Positions 11,801 through 25,100 of a stretch of 64,000 nucleotides of DNA are shown piece after piece. The translations under genes were made by a program, and so were the position numbers. Position 1 is the stretch's first letter. Each line of letters starts with the position of its first letter. The notes beneath the pieces are model-generated. The model ran no database searches. It was given only the letters and a program-made list of their open reading frames with translations, and had not been told where the DNA came from. Location of the stretch: assembly GCA_043228905.1 (NCBI GenBank), contig JBHGNT010000009.1:14384001-14448000 (forward strand), written 5' to 3'. This DNA comes from Azolla caroliniana (lineage: Eukaryota; Plantae; Polypodiophyta).

Positions 11801-14800
11801 AAAAACCCCACACTTGTACCATAGGAAGGACACCCTGTACTATAGACAGGAAATTCTGGTTCTCCGACAACGGAGGCTGTACAATAACTAGCATTAGCGG
11901 TTGGGAGAAGAAGCGGGCGGAGGAACGTCTCAGGGCGTGCAGAGTCCTAGGCCCCGACGAAGTGATAAGCAGCGTCGTGGAGGCGGTCTCTTTCGACGAC
12001 ACCTTGGGAGATCTGAGGAACATGCTCGAAGAAGGCCTCAGTGAAGACCGGACGATTCCGGCTAGTTCGGAATGGATGTACAAAGTCATCGCCGACTTCA
12101 GGAAAGGGGTTGAGTCGGATTGGATGGCCCGTGTGGATACAAGGTACAAGACTGTGGACCGGAAGGTGAGGCCAGTTGCGGCACCCTTGCCGGAGGGCAA
12201 CGAGTTATGGATGAAAGGGTTCGCGTCAGACCCAAGTTTACGAGATTTGGCCGGCATAGAACACCGGTTCACCGACATAACGCTACAAGAGCTCAAGGTC
12301 GGTGGAGGTGACTTTCTACTGCCGGCGGAGGAGGAACGGTTTCGGAGAATGCTTGGGAGACACGGGGAGGCCTTCGCATTCTCGCCGGAGGAGATCGGGT
12401 GCGTAGACCCGATGGTTGTTGAACCAAGGGTTATCTTCATAGTACCACATGTACCGTGGAATCTCAAGCCGATTCCAGTACCCAGAGCTCACATCCCAAA
12501 GTTGATGGAGCTCTGAAGCAGAAGGTGAAGATAGGCATCCTCGAGCCGTCGAGTGCCCCGTATTCTAATCGGTGGTTTACCGTGCTGAAGAAGAACGTCA
12601 CGTTGCGCTTTCAGGACCTGCAACCGGTCAACAAGGTGACCATTCGGAATGCCGGAATCGGACAAACCATTGAGGAATTCATGGAGGCCTTCGCCGGAAG
12701 GTCGATCTACTCGGTCGGGGACATGTACTCGGGGTACGACCAATTCCAACTAGCCGTAGAGAGCAGGGATATTACGACGATGCGGACTCCTCTCGGCCTG
12801 GTGCGGATGTGTACCCTTCCGTAGGGAGGGACGAACTCGGTAGCGCACAGGGTGAATGCGATGAATAAGGTGCTAAGAGAATGTATCTCGGACATTACCA
12901 TGCCCTTCTTGGACGACATCCCAATTAAGGGATGTTCGGTGGAAGATAGGGTCGAAATGATCTGATCGGACGGGTGTCAGAAATTCGTTGCGGACTACAT
13001 CGGCGACTGCGAGAAGGTGTTACAAAGGTTGGAGGGCGCGCGGTTCACCTTCTTGGGGAGAAATCGGCTTTCAGACAATTGGAAATCATGGTCGTCGGAC
13101 ACTTGTGCGGGCCTTATGGCCGGAAACCGTCTCCAACCAAGGTAGAAGCCATCTCCACGATGAAGGGAGATTGCGAGTCGATTACTGAAGTCCGGAGGTT
13201 CTTGGGAGCTTGCGCGTTCTACCACATCTGGATCCCTCATTACGCCCACATCGTGGAGCCACTCTACGGGTTGTTGAAGAAAGGGAGCAAATTTGAGTGG
13301 AGGGGGGAGCATATGGAGTTGGTCTGAAAAATGAAGGAAGCGCTTGCCGCGGCACCGGTGCTCCGGAAAGCGGTTTACGGAAAGGATGTTTCGATTTTTG
13401 TAACCGTAGACACGAGTCCGACCGGGATAGGATGGGTGATCGACCAGGAGGATGAGAACGGTGCGAGGTTCCCCATCCGGTTCAGTGCGAAAGTACTCAG
13501 CGAGGATACGCCCAGGTTAAACGCGAGCTCTAGGGTATCCTTTCGGCGGTCAAGGCCGACAGAGTCTACCTAATTGGGACAGAGGTGATAATAGAGACGA
13601 ACTGCCTACCGATCCTCGATATGGTTTCCGGATGCGCAACGCTGGACCTGGCAATGCTCAAGTGGATCGCGTACATTAAGTCTCTGAACCCGGAGATACG
13701 ACACATTTCCGGGAAGGACAACGCCATGACCGGAGAGCGAGATTTGATGATGAGGGCGGCATGGTTTCGGAGGAAGAGGAAGTCGGCGTGGACTTCTTCG
13801 AGAAGGCTTACCTGACGACGAGAAAGGGGAGCACTCCGGCGCTTAATGAGTTCGACGAGGGCAGCTACGATGGGGAGTGGCTCTAGATCAACAGGTTCCT
13901 GAAGACGATGACGCCGGATGCGGCGTGGACAAAGGAAGAGGCTAACCGGATCCGGAAGAAAGCGTACCGATTCTTCCTACGGTACGGAAGCATATTGAAG
14001 CACCCGAAGAAGCGAGACGACATCCCACTCCGGCTAGTGGCGAGGAAGGAAGAGTAGGAGGCATTGCTGACAACATACCATGAGAATTCTTGGGCCGGAT
14101 ATCGCGGGACATAGGCCATGTTCGAGAAGTTGAAGGAGAAGTATTGGTGGCCGGGACTATACCGGGATGTGCATCAGTTCATGACGACTTGTGAAAGCTG
14201 CCAGATGCACTCCATAATCCGACATTAGGACGAGCTGCACCCGACTTACCCGCCGATCGTCCACTTCAAGTGGATGGTGGATCTGGTGACGATGCCGATG
14301 GGAGCAAGGCAGATGCAGTACCTGGTGCTAGCACGAGAGGACCTGACGAACCAGGTGGAGGGCCGCGCATTACAAAACAAGACGATCGCGGCCGTGTGCC
14401 GGTTCCTGATCGAAGAGGTGGTATGTTGGTATGGGTGCATAGGGAAGATCATAGCTGACCAGGGAGAAGTGGACGCGCACGAGGCCGAAGAGCTGTTTGA
14501 TCGGTTGGGGGTTAAACTCTCACTCACCACGGCGTACAATCCGGAGGCAAACGAGAAGGTGGAGTGCGGGCACGGGCCAATCGTAAAAGTGATAGTACGA
14601 GCATGTAGAGGCCAAGTCGGAAATTGGCCGCGGCTCTTGCCTTATGCGTTGTGGGCGGACCGAACTATGCACAGTTCGGTAATGGGATTCATGCCGGCAG
14701 AGCTGATGTACGGGTAGAAGCCGATCATGCCGATGGATCAAACGATCTCCTCGTGGGCCGTGATGGGCTGGAGAGATGAGATGAGCCAGGAGGAGTTGTT

Positions 14801-15493
14801 GGCGGCACGGATCCGACAGCTCGAGCGAAGACCGGAGGACATGGAACAAGCAACGACGAAGTTGCGTACGACGAGGGCAAGGAACAAGGGACAATTCGAT
14901 CAGACTCACCGGCTGCGACCGAAGAAAATCGAGGAAGGTGACTGGGTTCTGGTCTACGACAACAACCTCAATAACCAACACAAGGCGATGTGGAAATTTG
15001 CGAGGAGGTGGTTCGAGCCTTACGGTGACAAGCGCCAACAACGGGACCTACCATCTTGCGGAGCTCGACAGAACAAGGATAGCCGTGCCGGTGGCCGGGA
15101 AGAGGATCAAGGCATTCAAGAAGCTGCATGAGGACGAACCGGACCCAGAGAGCGTGGATGACGGTGACGATTGGATCGGGGAGGATGACGATTCAGAGAA
15201 TGAAAGATGAGAACGGGCTGGTTTTCTCCGGCTAAGGTCTAGTTGGCGCATACCGGTGGATGCGCGGTTTGGTGGGGGTGGATGTCGAGAAGGAAACCGT
15301 CCCGAGGCAAAATCCGGGAATAGTGTGCGTGAACCGGCCCTTACACGCGGGCACAAAGTTTGATGTATTGTACATAGTTAGGTACAGACCGACCGATGCG
15401 AATATCCTAGGTAGCGCGTATTCATTATGTAGGAAATCGAGGAGTATCTCTGTTCGAAAGGACAGAGAATAATGGTGGTGTGACCGGTTCTAA
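8899..15493 (+). mobile_element. Gypsy LTR retrotransposon G1, degenerate, 3' LTR truncated
   Basis: 5' LTR 8899-9573 (TG..CA). PBS TGGTGAACCCGAC at 9579-9591 (tRNA-Trp-like). gag, PR, RT, RH and INT fragments in Gypsy order with stops and frameshifts. PPT at ~15271-15282. 3' LTR from 15283 matches the 5' LTR for only ~210 bp. Confidence 0.92.
9621..15210 (+). pseudogene. Gypsy gag-pol remnants (RT, RNase H, integrase with GPY/F-type tail)
   Basis: ORF fragments YSGYDQFQLA, VRRFLGACAFY, TVDTSPTGIGW, TTAYNPEAN and EGDWVLVYD. Confidence 0.88.
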
Positions 15494-15664
15494 GGTTTGT
15501 GCTCTCGTTCTCCCCTTATGAAAGTATGCTTCAACCCCCTACACCATCTTCATTCATTGTTATCAACAACATAAAGTCTGCTTTATTGTCAACATCCATC
15601 TCTCCATTTTCAACAATTTCTTATATCTACCCAAAAATAGAATGAATTCATTCTCCTCAGACCC

Positions 15665-16691
15665 TCATAAAAATCTGCTAGATCGTTCCAACGCTTGACT
15701 TTCTCGATGTTCTTTTAATAAATTCTTATAATTCTTTATTTCATCATCTGTTCTCCCACTCTTTGCCATGTTTTTTAAACTTGCACATACAGAGCAAACA
15801 CCCATTCGAACCTTACGTGGTATAACCACATTGTTAAATTGCAACCTCCATAATCGATTGAAATGTTGATATTGTATGTAAGGTACACTTTCTAACAACA
15901 TGTCGTCCTTATACACTTGGTATACCTCACAATGAGTGAAGTTATCTAACAAATGTAATCTTCCAGTAGTGGGCATAATATCACATTGCTTTGAGAAATA
16001 TATCTCCATCCACCTAATAACATGGCGCCCAATCAAACATTTACATCTAGATGCTTTTTTGTCGATAGGTACCCACAGACCCTTTACTAATCGATGTTGA
16101 ATTCTTTGGAGCCTCATGTTACCAATGCTACATGCAATTTTCAAAGAAACTCGACAACTCTTAGTACTTAGTGCAAGGTAATATTCGACACGGCCATGTT
16201 GTATGGTCCTGAACAACTTGCATATGTGAAATCATAAAAGTATCTTGTTTGTCACCATTAAGTGAAAAGTACTTTTGTCGTAATCCCCTTAAGTTTGCCT
16301 TTCCAAAATTTGAAAGACAAAGACTCCTACAACATGGCTTACTTGTACCAAATGCAATTTGACGATCTGAATACAAAAAATTATATCTTTTGACACTAAC
16401 TTGCCATGGAATTCTTCGAAAATTGAGAGGCTGATTTATGCAAGCCTCGTCAGTAGATGAATCAACCCTTTCACTATTTGCAACAACTTTTCTTTTTTGG
16501 ATACTAGATGAGTTAAAAGGCTCGGTCGAAAAAAGTGAGTTTGATCTTTGCCCAATATCACAGTTTGACTCTTGACGTTGGCAAGTTCGAACACCTAGAT
16601 GGTTGTATTCCTTGGTTGAGAATAATGAGTCATTAGATTATGTAAAAGGTTCCACAGAAAATAGAGATATTTTACTTGATGTTGAGGACAT
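15665..16691 (-). pseudogene. Transposase N-terminal fragment (copy A)
   Basis: CDIMPTTGRLHL, IPRKVRMGVCSVCASLK and EHRESQALER match the 926-aa ORF. Probable ATG at 16689-16691, followed by S-x-F-S-x-E repeats; contains a stop and a frameshift. Confidence 0.88.
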
Positions 16692-16823
16692 CTTTATTGG
16701 GATACATTAGATCAAATCAGGGAAAAAGTAGTAAAATTTCTTCAAAATAACCCACATACAAAAATAAACATTAGTAATTTATTATTATTATTATTATTTT
16801 AAAATAAAATTTTAAATAATTAC

Positions 16824-16831
16824 TATATAAA
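16824..16831 (+). promoter_or_regulatory. Candidate TATA box (TATATAAA) of the copy A cargo gene
   Basis: ~120 bp upstream of the ATG at 16950; the equivalent position in copy B also has a TATA motif. Confidence 0.5.
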
Positions 16832-16949
16832 GGAAAGTCATCTCCTCAATATCATTATCGCGTTGAAGAATTCCAAGAGCCCAGGAGCACACACATTCTC
16901 GTACTCTTAGTATTTGCTATCTCAAACACCTCGGATCAACTCAAGCACC

Positions 16950-19836
16950 ATGAAGAAGGGAAAGAAAGTTGCCAGGTATCTTCTTTTTAACTGATTCTTA
17001 AGATTCCCTGAAGATGCTTTTTTGTTCATTAATTTTAATGTAATTGTCAAAGTGTAGCAACTCGAATCTGATGCAGTGCATCAAATTCCCGTTGAAAGCA
17101 CTAGGATTTCAACGAGAATCTGATGCAGTGCATCAGATTCTAGGTGAAAGCCTAGTGCTTTCAACGGGATTTCGATGCATTGCATTGGATTCTTGTTGAA
17201 AGCCTAGTGCATGCATATGAGAATTTGATGCACATTGCATTGAATTCCCATTGAATCCGGTGTACTCAACGACAATGTGATGTAGTCCATTGAATTCTCG
17301 TTGAATAGGGGGGTTTTCACAGAGAATCCAATGCACTGCATCACATTCTCGGGAAAAAATCTATTCTTTTGTGGGGCATAAAATTGAGTAGAACGTACCT
17401 ATACGTCCTATTTTGGGGTTCTAGAACCACATTATAGCCAATAATTAAATATTTTCGCTCTTTATGATGCTAATATCAAAATATTTATTCTATTTTAGTG
17501 AACCACGCCAAAAAGTCATGACATTTAAGCTTAAGATACAGACTCCAACTAAAAGGGGTTCTGATAGATTCCTGCAAGACAAATCCCATAGGACGCTATT
17601 CGAGTCTGGCGGTGATGATACCTCAAAGTCATCCGTCAATACTTCAATGAAGAATTTGGAAGAAAAGCATGTGGAGCCGAGAATAAAAAATTATGCTGAC
17701 CTCGAGTGGAGTTTGATTTACGAGGAAGAAGATGGAGTATTACTCCTAATATTCGCAAAGTCCGAGGGTAAATGAAAATTGGAATTAGGAAAGACCTTCA
17801 CATAGGGTAGACTTCGAAATGTTGAATACAAAGATAGTGATTCTCCTAATCTCATCCTTGATGTAAAAAGCTCAAGGGGAACTAGATGTGTTCTAGTTGA
17901 TGAAGGCAACCTGGTGGCTAAGTAATGCAGCCCCAAAATTTTGCGGAAGGATATACAAACAAAGAACAATCGAATTGTTGCTCTTCATCCTTATGTTACC
18001 AGGGAGCTGATGGTTACAGAAGCTGAGACGCCTTCAAAGAAGTCGCAAAAGTCAAAACCCAAACATAAGAAGTACGAAAAACGACAAAAACCTAATGAAG
18101 ACGAACTAGAGATGTTGGAGTTCGTGGAGGAGGAAGAGGAAGAGAGCAACAAATCGAAGTTGTTGCTCCGGGAGGCCAAATGTCATAAGGCATTTTATCT
18201 TTAGAGCAAAATCGTATTAGAGAGAACATTGCAAAGACTAAACTGATATGTAAAGGCCAACTTTTTCATTTGCCTATCTATTTGATTCAAAGGCCGCCAA
18301 TAGATCTTGTGACAGGGAGACAACCATTGGAAATCTAAGAGCCCCATGTTGTGCACGTGCAAAACCTCAAGAACAAAATGAAGATTAATCTAGACACAAC
18401 AATTTTTCCTTTCCTAGGAACGGTGGATCTTGACCAATGCCCCACCACTGCGAATTTTAAGTATAGTTCGGCTAATGACTATACTTACTATGTTATTGGA
18501 GGATCCCATTTGCTTGAAGCCCGAAGTCAACTCGTTAAAGAATATCCTCTGACCCCGTTCTTCAAGTATGTAGAATGCAAAGTCTAGGCAGGTCTTACCC
18601 ATGAAGAGGTCAAGCTATTAACATGGAACCATAATAATGATAATGATTACAAAAAAAAGATGTCTTGTATCGAGTGAATCAGATTTATTCATCACGAGTA
18701 CCTCGATGCATTGCAAAGTTATGGTCTCAGACTACATCTTGGACTACGTCGACAATGTCTGTTGGAGGTGGGTATAACAGTTGATGAAAGCACAAGGTAT
18801 GAAGGATTGAGGAAATATGAATTGTGGTTTCAGCTAGCCTTTAGAACATGGGAGGTTTGGGATTTGCAACATAGAATATTTAGCATGTGGGAGCGGAAAG
18901 AGGGGAAAGGATAACGGTCAAAGAAGGCCAAAGTGGATCCACGGGTGGAGATGAAGTCAAAGTCACGTAAAAGTGATTTGATAATCGAGGAACTCCCCAA
19001 AGATACAAGGTATTAAAGATGACAGGTTATTAATATTAGTACCTTCACGAGTAGTTGCCAAGGAGTTTAACTTTGACGAGATGGTTGCTGAATTTTAGAA
19101 GTAAGTATTATTGATAGGTTCTTCTTTTATTGGCGTCTTGTTTTGTTACCATGATTGACCCATGTTTTCTTTCGTTGTTAGCCATAAAGTACACATGAAG
19201 ATCCAAGTGTTGATGATGAAGAAACTTTCCTTGCCAACATGCGAGGAAGTTGAACATGCATGCCCAATGACATCATCATACAAGGCCTTGAAAAAATTCT
19301 TTATTGTTGTAGAGGATGGGTAAGTGTCTTTTATACTTTTAATTAAATTGTTTATCGTGGTTTTCGCTAACCAAATTGATAAATGCAAAAACCTCCTCGC
19401 TCTAAAAAATTTGGAGACACTGATGACAGTATTCCAAGCTCGTTTATTACACACTTGGAACAAGCAAAGTACGAAAAAAGAATGACAAAAGGAATGGAGT
19501 TGAAAGTGCATGAAGATTCAGAGATAGTGAAAAGTTTTCTGCACAAATCCGACCCTTTCCAACAACTACATTATAGTGTTTTTGATGGGGAAGTGTGTAA
19601 TATGCTTAACATATTACCAAAAAGGCAAGTCTACACATTGCTTATCGTAGACATTCTGTATGGATTTCAGATCACGGGATCAATGTACGATGATATGCCA
19701 TCCGCAGATAGAGAAAATGGTGAAAGACTTCGCCAAGTTGACTCGTGCACCTTTATGGAGGATCGTAGGATTCCATAGCATGGGCCAATCATTGTCTGTC
19801 ACCGCGGATTTAAAGTCGAGATGTTACGCAACAGAA
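16950..19836 (+). pseudogene. ParB-like/DNA methyltransferase cargo gene, copy A (spliced, degraded, truncated by Copia)
   Basis: Exon 1 16950-16975 (MKKGKKVA, AG|GT). Intron 16976-17498. Later fragments HVQNLKNKMKIN, YYVIGGSHLLEAR, GLRRQCLLEVGI, LIVDILYGF and EKMVKDFAKLT are homologous to copy B, with stops and frameshifts. Confidence 0.85.
17064..17348. repeat. Array of six degenerate 25-bp palindromes (GAATCTGATGCA-N-TGCATCAGATTC), period ~52 bp, in intron 1
   Basis: Units start at ~17064, 17116, 17168, 17221, 17273 and 17324. Linkers are of the type gttgaaa..ctag..tttcaac. Confidence 0.85.
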
Positions 19837-22106
19837 TGTTGAGAAACAGGTCCCTCCATATGGGAAGAGTGAGAGTCGAATCGGATGGAGTCGATGAGTA
19901 ATTCGGCCGAGGCCAAAAATTGAAAATTGAAAAATCAATTTAATAATTGATTAGGGGGACTATATTTGTAAATAGTCTTAATGTGCCCTTTGTGGGCTAT
20001 ATGTGTAAATAGCCCAGAAAGGCAAACTTTATGTTGTGTGCAAATCTTTAGTTGATCATTATTGTTGTATAGTTGGAGAAGGTAGTTGCCTCTGTAACTA
20101 GATAGAGAGGCTGTGTGAGTGTGTGTAACTCTGTAGCCGTTAGTCGACGAAGATGAGTTCAAGGTCGTTGCCTTGAATCCTCTTGTTGTACTCCTCCCCT
20201 TATTGTGATTCATTTTGGAGTTTGTGGACTCCACATGGTTTTTCCATTTGGGTGTTCCATGTTAAAATAGTTTTTGTCTTTGTATTTTCTATTTTTGCTT
20301 TTTGTTTTATGCCTGCACACTATCTTTCACGTTCTTTGCACCCGAATATACATACGAAAAACCGGTTGTGGCTGGTTCCGATCCCAACAAGTGGTATCAG
20401 AGTGATGGACGAACATTTTGGTGGAATGTTCAAGTTAACCGGCTCCAACTACTCAGTGTGGAAGTCGAAGATGCAGGATATGCTCAGGTGTAAAGACCTG
20501 TGGTTGCCGGTGCAATATGCAAGACCAAGCCAGAAAAAATCGATGCATCTACTTGGGAAGTGTTGCATCTGAAGGCGGCAACATATAAGAGGTGTTTCAT
20601 AGACATGGGTCTATACAACAACTTTGATGAAGAGACGAGCGCCGACGCCCTTTGGAAGAAGATTGGTGTAATGTTCGAGAACAAGAACGCCGTGAATAGA
20701 GTCTTAGTTTTCAGAAAAACCGTGAGACTCCGGTATCAATATGGTACCAACATGGCGGAGCATATTAATGCCTTCCAAGGACTGATGAATCAAACCACCT
20801 CTCTAGAAGTACCTCTTGCCGATGAGGTATTCACAGTATTGTTGCTTGGATTCCTTTCGGACAGCCGGGAGACGCTCATTGTCACATTGGGCAACGTCGG
20901 ACCGGAAGGGAAGCATCTATCTCAGAGCAGGTGAAGTTGAGCTTACTAAACGAGGAAGCTCGCCGAAAGGACAGAGAGTCCATTTTTGACCCAAAGGCCT
21001 TAGTCATGGAAAGTGACATGAATCAAGGAAGAGGTCGAAATAGAAGTCCTCAGAACCGAGATAAATCGTGGACAAGGTTGAAGTCGAGGGGAAGGACAAC
21101 ATACTTTTATTGTGGGAAACCGGGGGACTTCCAGAAAAACTGCCGACACATTTGTAAAGACAGAGGGGGAGCCGACAATGTGTATTCAAAGAAGATTTCG
21201 GATGGAAAAAACACTTCGGCAATCACGACAAGTGACGAAGAACTGTGTCTGATTACCGAGTAAAGTGAAGTGGACCTTGTTAGCGATGAATCGACATGGG
21301 TGGTCGATTCGGGTGCAAAATTCCAACTAACCCCCGAACAGAAATGCTTCTCATCTTATAGAGCCAGATATCTTGGATATGTAAAGATGAGAAATGAAGG
21401 AGTATGCCGAATTGTCGACATAGGAGATGTGTGTTTTGTAACATCAATCGGGTGCAGGCTTGTGTTGGGAAAACAAGTCCCTCCGGATGGAAGAAGAGAT
21501 CGAAATCGAGAACCGAAATGATCGTGGCTCAAGCCCGGAAAACCAGCACACTATACATAATGAATGCTCGGTTATGCCGAGGGGAAGTAAACGTGGTAAC
21601 CGACACAATCGGTGAGCTGTGGCACAAGAGACTCTTCCACGTGAGCCAGAAGGGAATGCAGATCCTAGTCGGAAAAGAACTCCTACAGGAGGTGAAGAAG
21701 GTGCATCTTGATAAGTGTCCCGATTCCCTGGACGGCAAAAAGAACTGAACCTCGTTCCGATCGAGACCCTCGATGAGAAAGAAAATGTTGTTGCAACTCA
21801 TGCATATGGATGTATGCTACGTGAATACAAAGTCTCATGGTGGTTCATAGTATTTCGTGACCTTCATAGATAACTATAGACGGAAGTTGTGGGCTTCCAT
21901 GCTAAAGTTGAAGGATCAGGTGCTATCCTATCCATCTTCAAAGAGTTCCAAGCGAGGGTCGAGAGGAAAACCAGACGAAAGCTAACGGCAACAGACAATG
22001 GCGGAGAGTACCACGACGCGTTCGAAGAATATTGTCCAGCATAGGGAATCCGACTCGAGTATACTATGCCGAAGATGTCAAAGCTTAACGGGCTAGCTAA
22101 GAGAAT

Positions 22107-25100
22107 TGTTGAGAGACAAGCTCAACATCGGCCGGATCGGCTGAAGAAGCCGAGGACTGGATTGGTTGGGACCGATTGGTTAGGCCGAGTGCGTAAACCG
22201 GGAGGCCGTTAGGAAAGATATTCCGTGAGGAATATATTTGGGAGTTAGTGTAGGAGCTCTTAAAGAGCATTGAAGTACGGTCAGTACTTCGGTCAGTCCT
22301 TCGAGGACTTGTATAAAAGTGTTCATGGAACACACATATGTACAGTGTAGTGAATTGAGATCTTTTGTTAAGATAGTTCTTGTATTTTCTCTCTCTCAAT
22401 CTCTCTGTCTCTCCCGCGTATACTGCGTAAGCTCAAGCTCTCCATTAAACCTGAGTTTTCTTCCTTCTGTTCGGTCTTCATACTTGCTTCCGCACGTTAC
22501 TTTTTACATGGTATCAGAGCGCAAGGGTTGAGAACCTCTTTGCAGCCGACACAGCTTGACGAAGAAGAACAAGAAGAACGATGGATAGAGGCATGGCGAG
22601 CTCGCTTCCAACAGAGAAGCTCGACAGAACCAACTACGCGTCTTGGTCCTACAAGATGCACCAGTACCTGCTCGGGCACGGCTATTGGCGTTATGTCGAA
22701 GGAGCTAATGACGGGCACCTGAATCGACACACAGAGACTTCCCGTCGTGGGAGCAATTGGTGAGCAGGGTATTATATTGCTTCGCGTCGTGTGTGGGCGA
22801 ACAACTATTGAACTATGTTTGGGATGCAAAGACGCCGAAGGGTGCGTGGGAAAATCTGAAGAAGATTTTCGCCGCGAGCACCACAGCCAGGAAGCTTCAG
22901 CTCCGACAGGAGTTGAGCAACCTACGACAACGCGACTTGTCGGTGGCGGACTATACCTCGAAGATCAAGGATATCTGCGACTCCCTCGCCTCCATAGAGG
23001 TGAACATGGAGGAGAGCGAGATGGTCCAGATCTGTCTCTGAGGTTTGGCGTCGAAGTTCGGAGCGTTCCGAACGGCTGTGTGTACCCGGGAGAATACACC
23101 ATCCTTTTTCGACTTACAGTCAATGCTCCTGGTAGAGGAGAACCACGCAGGTGCGTCTACAAGAACGCATACCAACAGCAGAATGTTGTACACGGAGGGA
23201 GTTAGGCCCCATGGACGTGGAGGACGAGGCGAGTCGGCGCGCAATGGAGGCGGCCGACGAGATCAAGGAAGAAGGCACCGAAGTGATGCTGACAGCAACT
23301 CTGGACCCTCCGGAAACAGGGGGAGTCAAAGCGATGAGAACCGGCAAGGGAAGGCCATCGCGGAGTGCTGGTACTGTGGCAAGAAAGGTCACAGGGAAAG
23401 TGAGTGCTGGAAGAAGCGCGCCGATTCGGAGAGAACCGGTTCCGGAAACGGCTCCGGACATACCGACAAGGGAAATCGGTAGCGATTGCACTACGCCGAA
23501 GACTCCGGGAAAGCTGGAGAAGGGTCTGCCTTCGTGACGAGATACGAAGCAAACTCAATGAAACAGACCACCCCGAGATTGGACGAGGTGTGGTACGTAG
23601 ACTCTGGCGCGTCAAACCACATGATGAGCCATAAGGAGTGGTTCTCATACCTTGAAAAACCGATACAACCTGGAGTAGTCGCAACAGGAGACGACACTCC
23701 CCATTCGATCGCGAATGTCGGAGATGTTCCCCTTAGCCATGTCGGGAAGAAAAGGAAACTCATGAACGTGCTGCACGTTCCGACAATCACGAAGAACTTG
23801 GTCTCGGTCGGACAGATCGTCGACCAAGGGATGGAGGTTCGGTTTACACACCTCGGGTGCTTCATTGAGGAAGAAGGCCGTGTTATTGCGCAAGGGTGCA
23901 GAGACGGGAGGATGTTCATCCTCGACTCCACTGATGGCGGCACCGCAATGTTTGCGAAGGGACAAAAATCCGAATCGGACATCGACTTGTGGCACAAGCG
24001 GATAGGCCACGTCAACTACCAGCGGCTTCAAGATCTGCAAACAAAATAGGTAGTGTTGGGATTGCCCAAATTTAGTGGCCGAAAGGCACAAATTTGTGAA
24101 GCCTGCCAGCTCGGGAAGCAACACTGACTTCCCTTCCCCAACGAGCGAAACCGGAGCCGGAACAAGCTCGACCTTATACACTCCGATGTATGGGGGCCGG
24201 CACAAAACGTTAGTCTTGGCGGGAGCCGATATTTCGTCTCCTTCATTGACGACCACACGCGGCACACGTGGATCTACCTCATTGAGAGGAAGAGCGAAGT
24301 CTTCGACTATTTCTAGGACCTCAAAGGGTTCGTGGAAACGGAAACGGGACGAAAGATCAAGTGCTTGCGGTCAGATGGCGGGAAAGAATACTTTTCCAGT
24401 CAATTCAACGGTTACCTACAACAAATGGGAATTCACCGCGAATTCAGTTGTAGATACACGCCGGAGCAGAACGGCGTGGCCGAGAAGAAGAATTGGTCAG
24501 TTGTGGAAGCGGCACGGGCAATGTTGGAGGAGAAGAGCTTGCCCAAGTTCTACTGGGCCGAGGCGGTAAGGACCGCGGTATACATCCAGAACCGGATCGG
24601 AGACAAAGTGTCGGCGCACGAGCTGTATTTCGGAACGAAGCCGAACTTGCGACACTTGAGGTTGTTCGGTAGCATTGCGTATGTGCATGTACCGAAGGAG
24701 AAAAGGAGGAAGCTGGACGCAAAGGCCGAGAAATGCATCTTGGTCGGTTACTCGGACGAGCATAAGGGTTATAAGTGCTATAACCCTCACACCCAACAAG
24801 CGCGTGTTAGCCGCGACATTGTGGTTGACGAGTCCGCGTCCTGGTACCAGTCCCCGACTCCAATCTGTGTTCTGACGATGAGGTCAGCGAGGCCGAGATG
24901 CCTCCGGATGAGCCCAAAATCGAGACCCGCGAAGAGAGTCCGATTTCACTCTGTTTAAGTGGACCGATTGGACGACTGAGTCGGTACGACCAGTCCGATG
25001 AAGAGCCGATGAGTAGTGGAGACTCGGCCGTGCATTCCCCGCACAGGAAGCCGAGGAGACGGCTTACGCGCAAAGAGAAAGGGAAGAAGAAGGTGTCGGA

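Larger units (their letters stand above)
7930..19836 (-). mobile_element. Decayed Sola-like DNA transposon with ParB-methyltransferase cargo (copy A); termini not resolved
   Basis: Transposase fragments (minus) and ParB-MTase exons (plus) are clearly homologous to the genes of the element at 45773-55827, in the same divergent layout. Broken by a Gypsy (8899) and a Copia (19837) insertion. Confidence 0.85.
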
